A program made the translations under genes and the position numbers. This document shows positions 39,510 through 52,688 of a DNA stretch of 64,000 bases, one piece after another. Every line of letters begins with the position of its first letter. Positions within the stretch are counted from its first letter, which is position 1. Source of the stretch: Psilocybe cubensis (Eukaryota). A model generated the notes under the pieces. The model had not been told where the DNA came from. It made no database searches and saw only the letters and a list, made by a program, of their open reading frames with translations. Location of the stretch: assembly GCA_017499595.2 (NCBI GenBank), contig CM039000.1, positions 930,001-994,000 of the forward strand, read 5' to 3'.

Positions 39510-41028
39510 CTAGTCGGTGATTGTTATAACATCTCCATGTCTCTTGTCGACGACGCCTTGGAACATTACTTTGAGCTTGGATAACATAATTTGATAACTA
39601 AACGACGCATACCATCTTCCCAAATGAAGCCATCACAAGGTGCACTAGCCACCTCTGGGCTAAGATCATTGAATATATCTGTAAAGCGGGCCAAGGCCTG
39701 TTTAGCTGATAGCTGATTCGGATCGTTCACATGAACCAAGGAGTCGAAGAACGGCCCAAGCTCGGGTATTCTGTTTTCAAGGTGCTGAAAGGTCAAGAAT
39801 TTCATCAGAAAGTCATACAACATTGAGCATCACAAGAGAGCTCACCCTGACGTATGTTTGAAGGCATGTACCCATGAAAGCGACGTCAACTCGAAATGGA
39901 TTGAACGGGTACGAGATAGTTTCGGGTGGAACATCGTGCAAAGCAAAATTGAGGTCACGCCGCGATGTATGCGCCTCTTCGAGGATGGTATCCTCAGGGA
40001 AAACTTCAGAAGCACTAAAATCGAAGAGGGCATATCGGACTTCTTTCGGATCCCGCAGTCCTGTTCTGCGACTAGTTTCCGAAGATTCTAAAACGGCATT
40101 CATGCCAATGTTTTGTGGAAGGCAGTCTAAATGAACGATTCTGTTGCGGTGCAAGAAGTCGAAAGTCTATGACGGCCTGATTAATCCTCATGATATAACG
40201 AAGTGATAGTTAATTTTGCTTACCTCCAGAACTGTTTTGGCAAACGACATCAGCTCAGAAACATTCTCGAACTCAGGGAGGATGCAACTATCCCATCTTT
40301 AAATATTTAGTTTTGAATGTCATTGAGTGGCTTAAACATGGAAGCCTACCTGGGCATCACTACAAAGATGAATTTGTCGAAAGTAATGTAATCGAGGGCG
40401 TAGATAGCGTGATTGGCCGGATCGGAACGTAACTTCTTGCTGTTAAGGAGTTGCATGACCTTCAGCTCGTTTGATGGGTTGTCGACCTCTGATATCACCC
40501 TAAAAACATTTTAAATGAACAACAGGCGATGTAGAGTCGGTAGAACACTTACTTAATTATAACATCTCTTCCAAGTGCGTCGCGAGCTGCCCATATACGT
40601 GGTGCCCACAGAGTCCTCGGGATAGGAGCCTTACTTGGCAGTTGACGAGCATAAGGGTACGCCGTCACTTTTGCTGCGGGTGGAAACGGTGGAGGGTTCA
40701 AATTTCCAAGGCCGACAGGATCCTGTTGATACATCGCATATCCTCGCGAAACGAAAAAAGGGAGTACAAACATCCAGCAACTATGTACATAGATAAAATC
40801 TGCATGGTAATTTTTGGAATTCTTCAAATTCCAGTCGGCGAGGGTTTCCGGAAATGCGAGTTTCGACCTCATTAAACGCCATGTCCAAACTAGACTTTCC
40901 CAAAGAGAGTCAAGTTTAATCATTCTAACACCGACTCGTTTGCTCTTCATGAAAAGCAACGAGGCAGGGATGATAAACACAAAAGTGAAAGTAACAATAT
41001 ACAAGAAAAAATGGAGGAAGGCGAGCAT
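39510..41028 (-). CDS. AgaK1-like kinase, copy 5 (DFS variant)
   Basis: GRDVIIK, HLDCLPQN, ALFDFSAS, FNPFRVD. Confidence 0.85.
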
Positions 41029-42280
41029 TGAATATATCCACGAGCCCTTACGCGGTAAGGGTGATGATGACACAACGCGGCCTCTTGAGCAGTGAGTATG
41101 GCGTGGGAACCTTTGTAGAGGGGTCCGAATGATGAATGGGGAAATTAAATATTTAAATCCACACCACATCCTCATCATGATTCGCGATGCACTCTGGTTC
41201 TCTCTGGTTTTCATCACACTTTCAAATCTTCTATATATTCTTCAGAGCCAATTAGTATCCGGGGGCTAGAAAGGGGAACTTCAATGTTCAATGTAAATTG
41301 GCTAGATATGGATGCGCCAATCAAGATTCGAAGATACGAAGGCTTCACAGACGAGGTGGCAAAAGGCGGTGGGAAGGCAGAAATCACACCAACTATACTT
41401 AGTAGGATTGACCTTTATCGCTCTGTGTGGTGTATTACTAACAATAGCGCATAAACATAAATTCTGACGAAAAAGGCGAAAAAGGTACTCAATAAAACTT
41501 CATTGATAAGGCCCGGCGCTCAGCAGCGCTCACCTCACTGGTTTAGTCAAGATTTATATTTTCTTCGGACTCCTATGGATAGACTGCGGATGGTAGATAT
41601 AGTGGTCTAAATATATGTCCACTTTTATGTAGTCCGCCGAGCATCCCCTGATGAAAACACAGATTACCGATGCAATCCATACGAGCTTCTGCAAACATAA
41701 GCCACTGGCAAAAACCAGGTGTCTGCTCCTGTTTCATGGTAGAACTATAAACTTAATACCGTCGGACCTTACAGCGAAATCGGGCCAATGTGACTCGCTA
41801 TTTAGTGGTTTACTCGTCTGTGTATTGGTCGTTCAGAGCTCCCACTCAATTATTATGCTTGCTCATATTAGCCATTGAGTCAAGACACAGGCTTGGATGC
41901 ATAGGCATAAACTCCCGTAAACCTGGAAGATAGGTATCCGTTGTCTTGAAGACTGGTTAAACGTTAATGTGCTTATGAGAAATCCACGTGTCATTTGTAT
42001 CTCCCAGTTCACTCCTCAGTATTCGCGTCCTTGGTTAAAACAATGGAGTGATGTACCTGGACACATGCACAATCATCGATCAGGCTATTGAAAAATGCGT
42101 CATGGTAAAAAATGATGCAGAGGACTTGATATCATTCCACTGCTGGGAAAGCTAAGCCGGTGTCCAGAGCCCGGACTCATAGCGATTTGTTGGCCAACCA
42201 GGGCCAATAGTATTTAACTAAAAGACCAAATCTTTATAAAAAAAGTGAAGGAACCAACAGATACGCCTTCAGATATCAGG

Positions 42281-43769
42281 TTACTCAGTTATGGTTATCA
42301 GATCACCATGTCTCTTGCGGACAACACCTTGGAAGATCTCTTGAGCTTGGAGAACATAGTCCGATAGATAAGCGCGTACCATCCTTCCAAATAAATCCAT
42401 CACAAGGTGCACTAGCCAGCTCTGGGCTAAGAGCATTGAATATCTCTACAAAGCGATCCAGAGCCTGTTTAGCTGAAAGCTGGTTAGGGTTGTTGATATC
42501 AACCAACGAGTCAAAGAATGGCCCAAGCTCAGGAATCCTGTTCTCAAGGTGCTGAAATGTTGACAATCTGATCAAAAATCTGTAGAGCATTGATCATTGC
42601 AAGGGATCTCACCCTGACGTATGTTTGAAGACATGTTCCCATGAAAGCGACGTCCATTCTGAAGGGATTGTACGGAAAAGAGATTGTGTTGAATGAAACA
42701 CCGTGCAAACCAAAGTGGGGATCGCGCCGTGACGTACGCGCCTCTTCAATGATAGTATCCTCAGGGAAAACTTCAGAAGCTCCGAAATCAAAAAGGGCAT
42801 ATCGGACTTCTTTTGGATTCCGCAATCCTGTTCTGCGACTAGATTCCGAGGTTTCCAAAACGGCGTTCATGCCAATGTTTTGGGCAAGGCAGTCAAAATG
42901 AACAATTTTGTTGCGGTGCAAAAAATCAAAAGTCTATGACGCCCTAATCAATGCCTATCCTGGTATATGACTAAGTGATAGTTCTTTTGCTTACCTCGAG
43001 CACTGTTTTAGCAAATGACAAAAGTTCCGAAACACTCTCGAATTCAGGAAAGATGCAACTATCCCATCTTTGAAAATTTAATTGTGAACAGCATTGAGTG
43101 GTTCAGAAGATGAAAGCCTACCTGGGCATCACGACAAAGACAAATTTATCAAAAGTAATGTAATCGAGAGCAAATATGGTATGGTTGCATGGGTCGGATC
43201 GCAACCTTTTGCTATTAAGGAGTTGCATGACCTTTAGCTCGTTTGATGGGTCGTCGACCTCAGATATCACCCTGAAAATATGTGAAATGAAAACAGGCCG
43301 GATAGACTTGGTGCACTTACTTGATTATAACATCCCTTCCAAGTGAATCGCGAGCTGCCCATATACGTGGCACCCACAAAGTCCTCGGGGTAGGAGTCTT
43401 ACTGGGGACTTGCCGAGAATACGGGTACGACGTAACTTTTGCTACGGGTGGAAAGGGAGGAGGGTTCAGGTTTCCAATACCGGAAGGGTCCTGCTGATAC
43501 ATCGCATATCCTCGTGAAACGAAGAATGGGAGTACAAACATCCAACAGCTATGTATATAGACAAAAGCTTCGTTGTAATCTTTGGGATCCTGCAAGGACC
43601 AGTCGTCGAGAGTCTCTGGAAATACGAGTTTTGACCTCATTAGACGCCATGTCCAAACCAGACTTTCCCAACGAGAGTCCAGTTTGATTACTCTAATGCG
43701 CACTCGTTTGGTGACCATGAATATTAATCCAGGAAGGATAAAAGCGATGGTGAGAGTAATGATGTCCAT
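42281..43769 (-). CDS. AgaK1-like kinase, copy 6
   Basis: GRDVIIK, HFDCLAQN, FDFG, YNPFRMD. Confidence 0.85.
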
Positions 43770-45119
43770 AAAGGAAGAAGTCGAACAATGAACATTATTT
43801 CAACCATTGAATATTGACTTAAATATCAATAATTGGACAGTCCGGATCCGTGAGAACATGTACATCTGCCGGTCCGGTCCGGCGGCCCCTTCATACAGAC
43901 CCGAAAATTTGGGCTCCCAGCATCGGACGTAAGGTGACTTGTCCTCACAGACGGATGAAGTCAAGCACTGTTTTCCAAAGTGACTACACACAACAACATA
44001 TTATGCGCCCCATACGCTTTAGGTCTTTCATCCGAGACGAGCGCAGACGGTACAATCAAGCAACAATTGCACGATTGAGCAGATAAGTTCAAAGGTTGCA
44101 AAGTCATGTAAACAAGTTATCTTATTTCTTCTTCACAGATATATAAATGAATTGCTCATAAACGGTGTTAGAATATGGCAGTATACTACTGCTGCTAGAC
44201 TTAATAATTGGTGTTTGGTCAGGCAAAACTTCGCTCGTACATGTAGATGACACAGATACTCACATTGACGGAGTTCAGGTGTCTCACAAGCTAACTTACT
44301 TCCTCCAAGTATTCTTCTTGGACCCCCACAATATTCATGCCGGTTGCATGTGACTTCACCACATAGACAATGTCTCCTTGCTGTCATTTTTAGGGATACT
44401 AAGATAATGGGGAAGCATAAATGTAAACATGGAGACGTACATTGTAGTGATGTGACTTCCCTTGAGAAACATGGGAGCTAACTACGTCTGCTGTTTGTCC
44501 TTTGGGTGCTTTCTGGACATTGCTTGGGCCTATGAATTCCTCAATAAACACAACCTTACTCCCGGGTGCATACTATAAGTTGATGTGTCATAGTTAGTAA
44601 GATAGTATGAAGGGGGACATAAGAATAGCATACCTTTGGGTTTGCCGACATAGTATGATGGCAAGAAAGGGCTTTGTAAAATCAATGAAAAAGTGGATAC
44701 AGTGTCGAAGATGTCAAGACAAGCACTACGGTATTTATCTCTGTCTCAATAAATAATTTCACACCCAGATTGAATCTTTTAGGCAAAAGCGTTCCAGACA
44801 TTTTTCTATATGTCTCCATAAATGTGAGAGAGAAGATATACTGTGACAGGAGTGGATGACTAGATTATGTGCAATAACAGTGTACTTACGGCTTCTGCTG
44901 AATGACCATCAGGCGCCGGACCCTGTAGTCGTATCCGTTTTCAGAGTCCAGTTTCCCCTTTTAGTTTCCCTCGCTCAAATACTATATGACAACAGAAACC
45001 GAATTAAGGAGCAGTGTCAAGGGTCCAGGAATGCTCCCCAACTTGGAACCAACTCAAATCAGACAAGTGGTATTAATAAGTATGACTCGATGGTTAGGTT
45101 ACGCCACAAGGTGAAGTCT

Positions 45120-45320
45120 TCGTTCATGATTTTTTCATGTGGTTACCTGTCAGCAAAAGTCTCTCGAGATACAAAATTCAACCTCATGAGACGTCACGTT
45201 TGGGTAATGTCCAAACCAAACTTTCGCACTTTCCCAACGCGAGTCCAATTTAAACATTCTAACCGTAAGACAGAAGCAAAAGGCATAATAACTTAAATCA
45301 GTAACGAAGAAATGGAAACC
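45120..45320 (-). pseudogene. Degenerate exon-1 fragment of a kinase copy
   Basis: ctcatgagacgtcacg..tgtccaaacc..ctttcccaacgcgagtcc matches the LDSRWESLVWTWRLMR region with indels. The upstream flank 45405-45483 matches 62572-62652. Confidence 0.75.
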
Positions 45321-45680
45321 TGATATAAAGATTCAGCTCGGATCAATTGTAGATATCTAACCGTATATTGACCACTGTGGATCAGGCTGATTCGCGAGCC
45401 TTCTGTGAAAAGATACTACGCGTTAACACCGAGGAGCAGTAGCCTGGATTCTATGTGTCTGATACATATGACTCAAAACCAATCTGCCACGAATAATTGC
45501 CTTGAGTCTGTTTTTAGCGTTGGATAATCTTTTGTTGTACATCCTTTTGTGCGACTATTCCAGGTTTGTAACACGCCCTGGTAAGAATAGTAAACTGAGC
45601 CCAAAACGATGGTCTATCAAAACACATTACAAGGAACGTCACCTATTCATCGCGCAACAGCCATACACTCAGATATTGGG

Positions 45681-45956
45681 CTATGCAGCAATCGTTAAGG
45701 GATTACCAGATCTCTTTTGAACTACGCCTTAAAATAATTCTGGTTCTGCTTGAAGCAGGATTGAGATGCTTAATTAGATACCTTTTACCCACAGGAAACC
45801 GTCAGCTGAGGGTGCGCCTTTCACCTCAGAGCTAAGATTATTCCATATATCACTGAATTGAGCCAGAGCCTGCCTAGCTGATAGCTGAGAGGGGTTATTC
45901 ACATCAACCAACGAATCGAAGAACGGGCCAAGCTCTGGAATTTTACTTTCGAGGTG
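45681..45956 (-). other. Orphan, open-frame duplicate of kinase exons 5-6
   Basis: tttcag|HLESKIPELGPFFDSLVDVNNPSQLSARQALAQFSDIWNNLSSEVKGAPSADGFLWVK|gtatct..taag|GVVQKRSGNPLTIAA-TAG. Confidence 0.85.
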
Positions 45957-46084
45957 CTGAAAAGTGTAAATTATCTATCAGAAGCTGTACACTATCGATC
46001 ATTGTACAGGAGAGAAAGGTATTCATATTCCCGTTCAGTAGAAAGGGAGTGACGAAGGCGACAGATATGTGATGAGATACCAGG

Positions 46085-47608
46085 CTAGTCATTAATTGTT
46101 AAAACATCGTCTGTTCTCTTGGAGACAACGCCGCCTTGGAAGACTGCGTGAGCTTGAAGAATGAAATTGGCATTTCATCACATACCTCGGCGCCAAATAA
46201 AACCATCGAAGGCTGCACTAGCCACCTCGGGGTTAAGGTTATTGGATATCTCTGTAAAACGAGATAGTGCCTGGCTTGCTGAAAGCTGATTGGGGTCATT
46301 GACGTCAATCAAGGAGTCGAAGAATGGCCCAAGCTCTGGAATTTTACTTTCGAGGTGCTGAAGCGTAGATTATCTATCAGAAATCTGTACGACATTAATC
46401 ACGGCAAGGAAACTCACCCTGACATATGTTTGAAGACATGTGCCCATGAATGCAACGTCCACTCGAAATGGGTTGTATGGGTAAGTAATTGATTCCTTCG
46501 GTATGTAATGCAAATCGAAGCTGAGAACGTGGTCCATACGCGCCTCTTCAATGACAGTGTCCTCAGGAAAAATGACAGCAGCGTCAAAGTCAAATAGGGC
46601 ATAGCGAACTTCCTTTGGATCTCGAAGTCCTGTCCTACGATCTATTTCCCCAGTATTCATAACAGCGTTCATACCCATGTTTTGTGAAAGACAGTCCAGA
46701 TGCACAATCTTGTTACGGTGCAAAAAATCGAAAGTCTATTGTGACCTCATTCAGTAGATATTTCAAGGTGACCAGCATGTTAGCTCAATTGATTACCTCA
46801 AGGATTGTCTTGGTGAAATGCATAAGCTCAGAAACATTAGCAAATTCAGGAGAGATAGCATTATTCCATCTTTAAAATATGAACATCAGCGCGACCCAAT
46901 AATTAGAAATATTGGCACCTACCTGGGCATCACCACAAATACAAATTTGTCGAAAGTAATGTATTCGATGGCGTAGATGGTATGGTTGGCGGGGTCGGAT
47001 CGCAGCCTTTTGCTGTTAAGCAGTTGCATGACCTTCAGCTCATTTGACGGGTTGTCGACTTCAGATATCACCCTGAAAATATGAAAGGTGATCAACAAGT
47101 GGGGTAAACTCGATGGATACACTTACTTGATTATAACATCCCTTCCAAGTGCATCGCGAGCTGCCCATATACGTGGTGCCCACACAGTCCTCGGGATGGG
47201 AGCCTTAGTTGGGAGTTGACGAGCATAAGGGTACGATGTCACTTTTGCTGCCGGTGGAAAGGGAGGAGGGTTCAGATTTCCAAGGCCGACAGGATCCTGT
47301 TGATACATCGCGTATCCTCGCGAAACGAAGAACGGGAGCACGAACATCCAGCAACTATGTATATACACAAAATCTGCGTCTGTATCTTCGAGATTCTTCA
47401 AATTCCAGTCATCGAGAGTTTCTGGAAATACGATGTTCGACTTCATGAGCCGCAACGTCCAAACCAGGCTTTCCCATCGGGATTCTAGGTGAATAACTCT
47501 GCATGGAACTCGTTTTGTGGTCAAGAAGATTAATGCAGGAAGGACGATAGCCAAGGATACAAAGATGAAGGGCATTAAGGGAAAGACAATGAACGCGAAG
47601 TGTTGCAT
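46085..47608 (-). CDS. AgaK1-like kinase, copy 7 (DFD variant, chimeric)
   Basis: Starts MQHFAFIVFPLM; contains GRDVIIK, HLDCLSQN, ALFDFDAA. Confidence 0.85.
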
Positions 47609-47685
47609 TCGAGCTCCAGCCTCGGGTTATTTGTGACTTGCAGCGTCGTGGGATTAGTTCGGAAAGCCCCTCCGAGGTTATGTGT

Positions 47686-48580
47686 ACGTAAACAAAGAGC
47701 AGAGAGCATCCGAGTGGTCACAAAAGCGGCTTGGAAAGGATGATCGCAGTAATCCGGGAGGAAAGAGCCTTGATAAAGAAACTCCAAGTCGCCTGGAGTC
47801 GAATACATTGTTTAGCCTTAAATACATCATTCTTGGTCCAAGAATCCTAGAGTACATACGTCGTTAGGAAAGTGAAAAGTGAAACGCGAACCCCTTACTG
47901 GCTTAGCGTTGAAATGATACGAAGGATTCTTGACTTGTTGTACTCATACAAATGAACTATAAATCCGGTACCCAAAAAAATATAGTAAGAGACAGACCTA
48001 AACGGCCACATCATTGTATCCATGGGCTGTAGTCGAAGTCGTCCCGCAGCCGTGGTGAACGTGCCGAGGATCCATATTCATGCCTCTCCTTGTCAGCGGC
48101 CGACGGGATAACGAGGACCCTCCTTCTACACCTCCTCTTTTCGTTCCTCTCTCAACAAGTGCAGTGGTGGGTTCCGGTCAGGTTCCGGTTCCGCGGCGGC
48201 GTTGTCGTTTTTTGCGTCACCAGCCGCACGTGATGGCGTGACCGGCCCAGGACAGGAGTAAGGGCGCAAAACCTGGTGATGAGCTCGATCTCGTCTTCGC
48301 CCCCGTCCTCGGCGTCCTCCCAGTGTTGGCACTGAGGTCTCTGGTACCCAGCGTCTGACAACCGCTTTCATTGTCGGTATTTTCTTGTAGTACTCAGCCC
48401 CGTTATTCACCTTTGGAGGTGTCGTCGTTTCACCCGCTACCTGGCTCTGGCTGTCTCCTTCTCCTCAGTCTTCTCTTCCGGTGTCCTGTTTTCATTCGTG
48501 AGGCGACCTTGCAGGCTAGTAGGAGTCTCATGCGCGGTTATTCTACCTGGATCCCGAAGTTATCACATCTTGTTTTGTTG
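47686..48580 (-). pseudogene. Relic of HOS2 3' half and downstream flank
   Basis: Matches about 27870-28830, for example PVTPSRAAGDAKNDNAAAEPEP vs [22 protein letters not shown]. Frameshifted. Confidence 0.85.
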
Positions 48581-48587
48581 ACACGCT

Positions 48588-49175
48588 CGTGAAATGGCGT
48601 CGAATGAGAGGTCTTTTGGCCTCTGCAAGTAAAAGACGACCAAATTAACTTTGGGATCCTCAAGTGCACGCAGGTATTTACCTTTCTAGTCTCTTATACT
48701 CATATTTTTGCCTAGACATCAACACACACAAAATATGCAGGCTCTTTCCTGGTCGCCGAACGAACGGTAGCATGGTCGCCAGTGCCTCTCAAGACCGTTC
48801 GAGTTTCCGATATCAGAGCATACATTGAAACCGTTTTGCCTCCTGTCGATTATTGAAAAATAGCTTGACATTCTGTGTATCTTTTGCTAGTTTCCGGTGG
48901 ATCAGAAGGAGAGATATTGTTTCTCCACTGGGATCTCTCCTCTCCCGACGACGAGTCCCTCACTCAAGCCGTGTCCGCTCCTCGTGCAATAGTGCTCTCG
49001 CTGTCAGTCGCACTCTACCCATTTGGCCACATACTCCCCAGTGCCTTCAACGAATACATAACGCCCCTCTTGAGACTTGAACTCCCCGGGGGCTTTATTT
49101 CTGTGTTCACTGGAGGTGGAGATGACCCACCGGAGATTGTCGACAAGCAGAGAACGGAAAGGAAGAGGATATGAT
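48588..49175 (+). pseudogene. Relic of PFS2 3' half, introns retained
   Basis: [35 protein letters not shown] and SVFTGGGDDPPEIVD match PFS2 at 31837-32530, with deletions. Confidence 0.9.
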
Positions 49176-49329
49176 GGTCTCCGTCTTTAGCGCTAGAGAA
49201 GGTGGCTTGTGGGTGCGCAATCTCAGCTTTGACACCATCCGACAACAACCGTTCGTCTAGAAACCGTAGCAAATTAACAGAAACCACATCACGCGCTTTG
49301 GAGAACGGCGACTCATCCGTTAGCGAAGT

Positions 49330-49615
49330 TGTTAATCTCGACAACGTTGGGTATTCTTGGAGTCCGATATAGCCTCCAACCTCTATCCTCCAAGCGCCTC
49401 GTAATCACCAATAATAGGGGCCCTTTCCCGTCTACCCTTATCCAAAGGCGAAAGAATGTTTCCATAACAGGTCAATTACATGCAAATCGAGGATGTCCAC
49501 CTACGAGCTCGCCGTTTTTGGCCTAAACGCGACGGAAATTATCATGTTTGTCGGCCTCTGTCTGAAATGGGCTCCAGTCGACAGCATTTCAAAATTCCCA
49601 TTGTAGCGGCTTAAC
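49330..49615 (-). pseudogene. Relic of the 33-34.5 kb hypothetical gene
   Basis: 49330-49415 matches about 33580-33668 (gttggg..cttggagtc.gatat..ctatcctcc..gtaatca). 49568-49615 matches about 34430-34478 (gtcgacagcattt). Confidence 0.75.
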
Positions 49616-50061
49616 TCAAACTTCAAAGACGTACTTCAAATCGTAGATTGACCCGTCGTCGGTCGCCGTAGTATCTTCTGCTCACGGAACATATGTGACT
49701 AAGGTGCACTATCTCGATCTCACATGGTGCTTTGTGTTTTCCCTGGATAGCCCCTTCCATCACCGTATTAGCTGGCCCGCTTTTGCGCCGCGGTTTGACT
49801 TTCTTTATGATGAGCAAAACTCCTAACTCCCAACAACACGGACATCTAGGAGCGCTAGATATGCTGTTCACTGTAGTTCCACTCTTGAGACCACGGAATC
49901 CCGCAAACAAAACAATACACTCTAGAAGACGGACACCCAGTTATATCAGACAAAGATCGTGGATTCCTGCATATGTCGCGCGTGGTACGATCGAGACAAG
50001 AGGCTAGTATTTTTGTTACATGCCATCTACTTGGCCTTGACTCTGATTCGCAGGCAAATTA

Positions 50062-51539
50062 TTAGAGAATCGTTATAACTTCTCCGTCTTTCTTCTTGAC
50101 TGTACCTGGAATAACAGCTTCAGTTTTGTTTTTGATTCCGTCAAACGCAGACTTGCACTGACCATTCTTCCATGCCCTGGTATCGAATGATGCCTGAGCT
50201 ACATCAGGACTTATACGGTCACATATATCTGTGAATTTAGCCAGTGCTTGACTGGCTGAGAGCTGTTTCGGGTCATTCATATCAATTAGTGACTCAAAGA
50301 ATGGACCAAGTTCAGGAACAAGGTTTTCAATATGCTATTTGTGACAGCGAATAAGATAACGGCAGTAAATGCGACTGTCAACGAAAGAAAACTCACTGTA
50401 ACATATGTTTGCAAAGCGGTGCCTAGAAAAGCGATGTCTGCTTTGAATGGATTGTAAGGATATTTGACTGAATCCTCCTGTATGTTGTGCACGCCAAACC
50501 AGAGATAGTCTGTCGTAAATGTGTCCTCGATAACAGTATCTTCCGGGAAAGCCACAGAAGCACCAAAGTCAAAGAGGGCATATCGAACCTCATCTCGTTT
50601 TCGCAGTCCAGTTCGACGAAACATTTCTGTGTGTTGAATTACAACATTCATGCCGATATTCTGTACAAGGAAGTCAAGATGTACAATTCTGTTGCGATGC
50701 AAAAAGTCGAAAGTCTATGTAACGTAATAAGGTCGATGCCATCGGCGAATAATACTGTTGTACATACCTGGAAACATATATAGGCAAAATGCATGAGTTC
50801 AGAAACGTTCTCGAATTCGGGTGCCCAGGAAGAATCCCATCTAAAACATGAGGGCCATTTTGTTGACAGATAGACAGTAGAGACCTTACCTAGGCATCAC
50901 CACGAAGACAAATTTATCGAAAGTAAGAAAATCCAAGGCATAAATCGTGTGATTGGCTGGGTCGGACCTCAACTTTTCGCTATTGAGTCGTTGCATGACT
51001 TTCAACTCTTGCGATGGATTGTCTACTTCCGAAATTATCCTAACGTAGAAAACATCAGAATAGCCCAGAATGTGAAAAAGGAAACTCAACTTTATGACGA
51101 CGTCCCTTCCCAGGGCATCGCGAGCAGCCCATACACGTAGTGACCATATCATTTTTGATTCCTGTACATTAGTCGGGACCTGGCGAGCATAAGGGTATGC
51201 CGCATTCCGGGCCACAGGAGGGAAGGGAGGGGCTACAAGCTCTGTGAAATTGGTAGGGTGCCTTTGGTACGTAGTATATCCTCGAGAGGCAAAGAACGGG
51301 AGTATGAACACCCAAACACTTTGCACATAAATCATGCTCTCCTCCATTCTGTCCCAGTCCTTGTAGTACCAGTCTTCAAGTTTCTCTGGAAATGCAAGGT
51401 TCAATTTCAAAAGACGCCAGTTCCAAACAAGACTTTCCCATCGAGAATCAAGTGTAATGAATTTTTGTTTGAATAGCTTGCTAGTCAAAGAGACGAGTGA
51501 AGGAAAGAAGATAGCGACGGTAAAGGTAATGGCGGACAT
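50062..51539 (-). CDS. AgaK1-like kinase, copy 8
   Basis: Starts MSAITFTVAIFF; contains GRDVVIK, HLDFLVQN, FDFG, YNPFKAD. Confidence 0.85.
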
Positions 51540-52688
51540 TACTCGAAACGAACATGGCACGAATGTGATCGATTGGATTCTCGATCATAGGCATCTCGGC
51601 ACTGCCTATAGCCTGAACCGCTTCCAGTGACCCACAAGATGCATTTTTCGTGGTTCGAAAGACGTCCGTTCATAGATCTTCTAGTATGGTTCAGATTGTT
51701 TTCATGAATATGCATCTAGGGCTGAACGTTTACGCACACAGTGGATATTCCGATGTTGCTGTGAGTCTATGATGGACCAGGTTTTTCCGATGTTGGACAG
51801 CTTTAAAAATAACTACGTGAACGAATTTGGGCTTCGGGAAGGATCCTAGAGTTGAATATTGAATGTCGAGCCACTATACGACCCACTGACTCATCATGAA
51901 GTCTAACTGGTTATTCGGAGCTTCAACCTATCTGGCGAACACTAAGAATCAGTTCGGGCTGTCGGGGATCGTAAATATCATCACACGCCATGGTCTCTGG
52001 TTTATTCATCGAGTCAGCTCTCTAATCTTCTCGTCAAACCTATCATGGTCCGGACTCCTTTTGCGGTATGTGAACAGCTTTGAGGCTTTTGACTAGTCTC
52101 CGATGGTATGATATGATGAGTTGAAACGAGATGGTAAAAAGGGGTGGGGTGACAGAAAGTATTCCGACCAGTGGGGCACGGACAGTATACATAGAAGCAC
52201 TTCGCAATGGCGTGAACGCAAATTTTCACCAAAATGGCACTACAAACGTGAAGAGAGCTTCTCTGATAAGGCTCAGCGCTCAGCGCTCACATATTATTGG
52301 TTGAGCCAAAGATTTGGATTTCTTTAACTGTCTATGCATTGACAACGGATGATATTGCTATATATATGCCACTGTTGTAGTCTACGACCACATTTGCTAA
52401 TGAGGAACGCATAGATTAATGACCCAAAATCCACAACTTGCTTCAATCTACCGAATTTCTCTAGCAGAAGTGATCAAGAAACAATCTGTATTTAAATATA
52501 GACCAGGTCATTTATAGTTTCTCCACCTCGTATCCGCTACTATCCAGTGTCACTACCACATTTACCAATGGATAACTCAATAAACAACCACACCATCTTC
52601 CTGGACCAATTAGACTAAAGGCCCGCTCCAGTCTTCCATAGGCTTGATCATTACCAGAGGGTTAACGATGGTAACAGACATCGACTGG

